Of a stretch of 64,000 bases of DNA, positions 57,243 to 64,000 are shown in pieces. The stretch is from positions 8,618,001 to 8,682,000 of the forward strand of contig CM022677.1 in the NCBI GenBank assembly GCA_012295275.1. Direction: 5' to 3'. The first letter of the stretch is position 1. Every line of letters starts with the position of its first letter. Origin of the DNA: Chrysomallon squamiferum (lineage: Eukaryota > Animalia > Mollusca). A program made the position numbers and the translations under genes. The notes under the pieces are model-generated. The model was given only the letters and a program-made list of their open reading frames with translations, did not search any database and had not been told where the DNA came from.

Positions 57243-59797
57243 AAAGAAAAAAGAAGAAAACCATCAATAACAAAAATAAAATGTATTTTTTCTTTTTGTT
57301 TTCCCTGCACATTATTACTGCGATTAGTCAAATACTTGTCAATTTGTCAAATACTTTATTTTGATATTAACACAAAGCACAGTTATGAAATAACAACAAA
57401 TGATGATGACATTTCAGTGATAATAATTGTCTGTTGATGTATCATTTGAATCACATCATTACATAAATTATTTTATTTAATATTATTTGAACTATGGTTA
57501 ATTATATTTATCATCGCCAGATCTGAAGATTTATATTTATCATGATACTGAGTTCATGAACACAAAATTCAAGAATCAGAAATTGTCAAAAAAACAAATA
57601 ATAATAATAATAATAAAAAAGATAACATTTTTTTTTCATAATAGAATTAATAATGAAAGCAAAACTTTGTTTTTAAAAATGAATGACTTTTCCAATTGTA
57701 AATGATTCAAAATGAGTTGAATTTTAAAAGTTGTTAAGAAAAATTTTAATTATGAATTTGTACATTTATGTTTTCATTTTCTCTAAAGTTTTTTATTCAT
57801 CTGTGTATCCATGGATCTAGCTATCTATCCACCTTTCTATCTGTCTGTCTGTATATATCAAAATTGTAAAATTTAAATAAGCCAATTAAATTTGTTGAAA
57901 TTTGTGACATTGTTAAATTTGTGAAAATTGGATTAATGTTGCTGTCCATTACAATAATAAAATATAATTATTGTATTTGTAATAGTTTTGTGATGTTGAA
58001 ACTGATGGTGTCAGTCAAATGAAATTTGTTATAAATTGTTGTATGTTATCATGTTGTAACTGTTTGTAATAAAAAGCTGAATTTAATTCTGAAATTGAAC
58101 ATTTTTTAATTAATATTTCAATTTAATGTTGAAATTTATGATAAATTGTATTATATATGTTATAAATGTTTTTGAATTTCAAGAGAAAATTCGTACAAAT
58201 TTAAATAAAATTAATATTTAAATATTAGCTGTTAAATGAGAATGTTTAAATTTGATCTGAATTGTATGAAATGTACCTGACTGTAATAAAAAGATGAAAT
58301 TTGAAAAATTGGATTTAACAGATGATTTTAATGCTGAAATTTGTAAAAATCAAATTGAAATTTAATATTCAAATGTGAATTATACAATATACTAATTGTG
58401 AAATCAGTTAATTTTACTGTTGATGTTTCCACTAAATTGATGGAATGAACATTGTAAATGAATGTTGTAAATAGATGAAATATGAAAAATTTGATTTATT
58501 CATTAAAAATTAAAATTTTAAAATGATTAATAATGTAATAAATTGCTGAATTGAAATAATAAAACAATAAATTTACATTGGAATTTTTTTAATAAACAGC
58601 TGAATTTAATTTTTAAATAATAAAAATTCTAGGTTTACAATTAATCAATTTTTTTAATAAATATCGCAATATCTGGATAAAATATTTCAAAACATAGTTG
58701 GAATTTATCATGAGATAGTGAATATAATGGATCAAATAAATTTAATAAATATTTTTTGAGCTTCTTGTAGCTCCCTTGTAGTGATCGTATGATTTAGAAA
58801 CTATCCCACTAGCTGTTTAGTTTAATATAACACAGAAAATGAATTAATTAATCCATTAACAATTCAGATAATAAACACAAATTGAGGGAATTAGAATACA
58901 TAGTATGTCATATAGGTGGAAAATCCTTTCTCTCAATTACCTGGGACTGGAAATATTATGGATTTCAGAATTTTAAAAATATTTTTAGAGACAATCTAGG
59001 ATAAATACTTAAATTCCATTTTCACATACAATTTGATACCTGTAAGATATCTCAATTTCTACTGATAGAAAATAGTTTTGGACTTTGTAAAGTCAGTGAG
59101 GAATCCTAAACCTTTGTGTTTTTTTATTAGATGGTGACACTGATCGTCTATGGCTTACAGTTATGAAATTCACACAGTTTTGAAACTGATAATCAATAAA
59201 ACACAAAATACATTAAAATGTTCAAAATATTAAATTAATGCCATTAATTAAAAATTGAATTCAAAGTAATATGTACAGCTGAAGCTATGATATATTAATT
59301 TATATAATATTGATTTAACATGTTGTAATAATCACAATATTGAAATGAATGCAATAATTAATATACCGAAACAGGAGTATCAGTCTAAAATAGCTAAAAT
59401 TGCAGAAATTTATTATTAAAAAATAAATGATGACAGGCAGATATGTAATAATTATAAATTTATAAAAAAAAATTTCTTACAACCAAACTTCTTTTTTTTT
59501 AATTAAAAACACTTTTCAAAGTCACAAAGGATATACCTCCATAAAGGAGCACTCATCTGATTTGAAAATATCTCTATTGTTCTGTTCTTAACTGTTCTTC
59601 AATCAAACATAATATAGGTGACATTCAGTGAAAATATTTAAATATTTTCATTAGTGAAAAGAGAACAATTCCCACTGACTTTACTAGCCATTTGTTTTGG
59701 AAGCATTTTGAACTGGATCAACAAAATCATTGAAAAATTTCATCAGCCACATCTGAAATGTAAGAAAAATATTAATTTTAATTTTATCTTCAGTTTT

Positions 59798-59851
<54 letters not shown>

Positions 59852-60082
59852 TATTATAATATTAATAATAATAATTATTATAATAATATTAATAATCGTC
59901 ATCATTGTCTTTTTTTATGTATTATTTGTATTACTGTTACTGTTATTTCATAATTTGTCCCTAATATTGTTAATATTTTTTTTAAATTATAATGATTATA
60001 ATCAACATCATCACAACTAACATCATCATCATCACTGTTATCAGCATTATATATTAATTTATAAGGGCTCACTGAAATTAAA

Positions 60083-60319
60083 TTAAATTGGCATATACTG
60101 TACAAGAAACTGTTCTTTTTCAGCATAAAATATTTCATTTTCTGTTAAGTGCTGTACTTCAGATATCTGGTTGCGGAACATTTTGTTCATGTAGGGGCTG
60201 TCGTAGTCAGTATCCCAGCCGTAGATGCTGATGCGATAGAGAAGAAAGTCTGTGACGTACATGCTTGTTGGGTCAATGTAGTGGAACGAAATTGTGAATT
60301 GACTACAACAGTTAGGTCC
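60083..60319 (-). CDS. C1GALT1: C1GALT1-like gene, terminal coding exon (237 nt, not in ORF track)
   Basis: Polypyrimidine tract ending ..aattaaag|GGA; translates in frame as GPNCCSQFTISFHYIDPTSMYVTDFLLYRISIYG...MPI-stop (TAA 60085-60083), matching the C1GALT1 C-terminal GPxCCS..SFHY..MY..LxY..YG block. Confidence 0.9.
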   Translation of the reverse strand, partial: GPNCCSQFTISFHYIDPTSMYVTDFLLYRISIYGWDTDYDSPYMNKMFRNQISEVQHLTENEIFYAEKEQFLVQYMPI

Positions 60320-60457
60320 CTTTAATTAAAAAGAGAGAAAAAAAGGAAATAATAAATTTGTTATTATAATAATAATTCTAAGTTATTGTTCTTTCAACTA
60401 AAATATAACATACTTACATACATACACACACCACACACGCACAAGCATATAATACTT

Positions 60458-60507
<50 letters not shown>

Positions 60508-60802
60508 ACCTAAACAGATACATACACACAGATATGCCAGTGCAAAATACATATACAAAAAAAGATTATATTTTAAATTAATTTCTAAGTCTAGAAAAAA
60601 TAATAATTCAAGAAATGTGTATCACAATTTTACACATACAGACATACACAAACTAATGTGATAAATTTTATAATTAGAAATTATTTTTAACAGTTTATTT
60701 TTTGTAATATATAGGATTACAGGATACAGGAAGTAAAATTATATTAAATAATTATAAACAGAAATAGAAATTAATTTTAGAAACAAACTGAAATGTACTC
60801 AC

Positions 60803-61470
60803 CACTTTTAAAGGGAAGTTAGGATAGTCTCTGAGGTAATCGGGTAAGGGTCCCACAACAGATGAATGAAGAGGACAAGCATGGAAACTGTGGCGACCAA
60901 AGACATCATGGGTTTCAAATGGAGCAACCCCAATTTTCTGAAAACATGCGCCAATGTCGATGTCCTCGTTCTCCGTCTGCAGGCAGGGCTTGTCAACGCG
61001 CAGTCCTTTCTCAACAAACAGCCGCAGTGCAGATCGACTCATGACATAGGAGCCCCCACCACTCATGTAGCCGTTGTGGACGTTGTATTTGTAATGTAGT
61101 CCCAGGTAGCTTGCCTCTTCCGGGTTGAATCTGCTCAAGAGGAACTGCAGGTTTTCCACAATCACGTACGTGTCGTCGTCAGCTTTGATGAAGAAGTCGA
61201 AATAACGGATGTACTTTTTGTATATGTGTTCTATTGCAGCAAACACTTTGCCTGCAAGATAGTCCCTTCCCTCAGGGATTTTGGTGTTGTAGACCCTGAA
61301 GAGGGTGCTGTCGTATGATGTGACAAAAATGAGTTTGTTACATCGCGACCCCCATGTGATGTTAACTGCACGTGCCTTTGTGTCCTCGTTTTGTTTCGTT
61401 GTCATAACAAAACAGAGAACTCGCATTTGTTGAACACCCAGTCTTTCTTCTATAGTCCTTTTCATCAACA
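60803..61470 (-). CDS. C1GALT1: C1GALT1-like glycoprotein-N-acetylgalactosamine 3-beta-galactosyltransferase (GT31/Fringe-like fold), main catalytic exon (668 nt)
   Basis: RVLCFVMT, TWGSRCNKLIF, EGRD, FIKADDDTYVIVENL, GYMSGGGSYVMSRSAL and EDIDIGACF match T-synthase motifs. Acceptor ttattttcag|TG at 61471/61470 (phase 1); donor GTG|GTGAGT at 60803/60802 (phase 0). Confidence 0.92.
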
Positions 61471-61930
61471 CTGAAAATAATATTAATTATAAGTTTTTAT
61501 ACATATTTTTAATTTTCTTTTTCTATATATAGATAAAACATCAGAAACAATACACACACACACCCACACATACACAAAATAATAATAACAATAATACCAT
61601 TTTTATCACAATCTGCATAAATATATTAAAGTTATTTCTTTTGAGTTTAACTACTGGTTTAGATCTTGAAATAACTAATAAATTATTGTTTTAATAACTC
61701 AAGAGCTGGCAGATTTGTAGTCTCATGTAAAACAAATAACTCATCAAAGATTTCAAATTTATCAGCAAGGTCAACTGTATTTGACACTGTAACAAGATAA
61801 AACTGAAACAGATAAATAGAGAGAAAGGCAAAGAATGAAACAAATAGAGAGGAAAGTGAGAGAGAGACACAGCAAGAGAGAGAGAGAGAGACACAGAGAG
61901 AGAGAGAGAGAGAGAGAGATATTTACTTAC

Positions 61931-62002
61931 AGTTAGTGTAACTGTTATTTTTCCAAGATATGGTTGCATAGTTCATCTTGCGAAATTTGAAGATAGAAAC
62001 AT
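61931..62002 (-). CDS. C1GALT1: C1GALT1-like gene, putative stem exon (72 nt)
   Basis: Perfect donor T|GTAAGT at 61931/61930. NAGNAG acceptor (tacagcag|AT) with a weak pyrimidine tract. Open phase-1/phase-1 reading (D)VSIFKFRKMNYATISWKNNSYTN(L) joins both neighbours in frame. Confidence 0.6.
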
Positions 62003-62326
62003 CTGCTGTAATGTTCACATTTTTTAATTAATTAAATTATAATTTTTCTAAGTAAGAGGATTCTTTTAAAAAGAAATATAATATCATTATCCTTTACATT
62101 CATTTGTTTATTAACTTTATAAACAGTCTCATAATAATACAATATTAATTTTCTTATAAATAAATATAAATCAATAAATGTTGTGTCCCTTTAGAAATAA
62201 ACTACAGATATTAATATTTTTATTTAGAAAAATAATGTGTATAGATGGAGGTGGAACTGCCAATGAAATTAATTTTAAGAAAATGTTATTTATGTGTGTG
62301 TGGCTGTGTGAGAGAATGTGTGTGTG

Positions 62327-62360
<34 letters not shown>

Positions 62361-62388
62361 AGACAGAACTACTGTTATGTTTACTTAC

Positions 62389-62492
62389 CAAACATACTTA
62401 AAAAAATACAGATTATTGCCAGTTCTGTTATGACACCAGCTAGAAATGGTTTGAGAAAAACTAAATTTCTTTTGATGTAGTAGAGAAGATTT
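62389..62492 (-). CDS. C1GALT1: C1GALT1-like gene, signal-anchor exon (104 nt)
   Basis: cttatttcag| acceptor and G|GTAAGT donor. Encodes NLLYYIKRNLVFLKPFLAGVITELAIICIFLSMF, a basic stretch plus hydrophobic type II Golgi anchor; ends in phase 1 as required. Confidence 0.75.
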
Positions 62493-62581
62493 CTGAAATA
62501 AGTAAATTTAAAAGACTAATAATAATAATAATAATATATTTTTTAACAGTATTACGAACAAAAGTATGTACATTTACTTAC

Positions 62582-62638
62582 TGGTTCCAGATGATTATTT
62601 TGGTATTTATTTATTTCAATAACATGTCAGAAGCTTAG
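62582..62638 (-). other. Putative upstream exon of the C1GALT1-like gene (57 nt) with an in-frame ATG followed by an in-frame TAA
   Basis: (TC)n-atag| acceptor; CA|GTAAGT donor; ATG at 62625-62623; TAA at 62613-62611. Confidence 0.45.
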
Positions 62639-62712
<74 letters not shown>

Positions 62713-63413
62713 ATTAAATATCAAAATGGAAGAAAATAAATTTATTTCCTTAATCATTTCTTAATATTCTTACCAAATTTTGTGTTTTAGTATGTATGTC
62801 TGCGAGTAAATACATATATCTATATCCATTTGTATATCTCTATATTATTTCCCCCCTCTCTCTCTCTCTAAATATTACCTCCCTAGCCGTAAGCATAAAT
62901 TTTAGTATATTAAAAGTCGCTAGTGATTTTGAACTGGCTTTGTCGATAATAGAAAGTTATGTCCCTTTTCAAAGGAAAGGAAAATATTAATGCTAGTTAA
63001 GTAAAATTGGAAACAGATTAATTACTGAAAATATCATTCGTTTTGAATCTGCTTCTACGAAATATATTTATTTATCATATTCAACTAAACCAAAAATTAT
63101 AATATTAACGAATTTCGTCAGTTTAAGGGTGCTTTTTTAGTTGTTTTTTTAAAATGGAATGTTTTGAAAGATTTTAAAAAAAAATTATTTTTAGGCCGAG
63201 CATCTGATTTATATAAAAATAAATGTTCTAAAATGTAAACAATAAATATAATTCACCTAGATTTCGATAAACATTGACAGCAACGCCTTATTCTTCTTGG
63301 TAACATGTGGAAAATTACAGGTTAATGACCGACATTAAACAGACTCCATCCGGCAGGGGAGACAATTCTGTTATCTATTAGCGTAAAGTGATTTCTCTAG
63401 TACCCCCATACAC

Positions 63414-63477
<64 letters not shown>

Positions 63478-63659
63478 TAAATTAATTAATTAATTGTAAA
63501 ACAAATGGTAAAAGTATCTGTTTTTACTACTATTACAACAACTACTACCACTACTGCTGCTACAGCTACTGCCACTATTGCTACTTCTTCTTCTTGTAAC
63601 TATTATTATTATTGTTGTTGTTGTTGTTGTTGTTGTTGTTACGTACAGTACTCGTCTTG

Positions 63660-63890
63660 AGTTGAGATTTACAAACACACGAAAGACGTAAATAAAAATT
63701 TAAACAATAATTTTATTTGACAAGACTTTTTCAGCACGTCAGACGCCATGAACTGAGCTCCCAGTCTTTTATGATTGTGCTGAAGCCGGGTGGTCTGTGA
63801 GTCGAGTGACAAACACTGTGACGTTTTGCAGCGCCGTTTGCGTGGTTGTCTACGTACTCGACGTGAAATACCGCCTGGAATGTTGATGAA
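63660..63890 (-). promoter_or_regulatory. CpG-rich candidate promoter/first exon of the C1GALT1-like gene
   Basis: Local CpG-rich complex island upstream of the gene. ATG GCG (MASDVLKK...) near 63749 could splice via TT|GTAAAT (phase 2) to the 62492 acceptor. Confidence 0.4.
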
Positions 63891-64000
63891 AATTATAAAG
63901 AAAACAATAGCAGTCAGAGAAATATAAATTATATTAAAAAGAAATAATAAAATAAAATAAAATAAATAAATAAATAAATAAATAAATAAACACATATATT

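Noticed and set aside
60752-61471. Track ORF as a complete 239-aa single-exon protein
   Set aside because: The GTG start overlaps a splice acceptor and the last 16 codons are intron read-through; the real C-terminus is in exon 60319-60083.

Overview
Eukaryotic (animal) genomic DNA: AT-rich and saturated with microsatellites ((CT)n/(GA)n, (TG)n, (TA)n, (ATT)n, (ACT)n, (TTTTA)n). This texture resembles a mollusc, possibly cephalopod, genome, but that is an inference. Almost all short ORFs in the track are microsatellite artefacts. Three protein-coding genes are supportable. (1) 32929-34152(+) is an uninterrupted 407-aa type I membrane protein. It has a TMEM145/GPR180-type luminal GOLD domain joined to a single TM helix instead of the family's 7TM bundle, followed by a signalling-type tail (YxN, ITAM-like pair, PPxY, His/Gln-rich, PDZ-type C-terminus). 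This is the most novel-looking item. (2) 55483-56454(+) is an intronless class A GPCR whose canonical activation motifs are replaced and whose Na+ pocket appears rebuilt with two acids and two lysines. (3) A spliced core-1 beta-1,3-galactosyltransferase (C1GALT1-like) gene lies on the minus strand at about 60083-62638+, with an unresolved 5' end. About 30 kb upstream and about 20 kb downstream of gene 1 have no recognisable CDS. They contain many CpG-retaining, motif-rich islands (CRE, GTCACGTGAC, RFX X-box, Pbx/Hox, CAGGTA, and a recurring TCGTCTGCT 9-mer) plus several decayed local duplications. No rRNA, tRNA, CRISPR or transposase ORF was recognised. All comparisons were made by eye from remembered family motifs; no searches were run.
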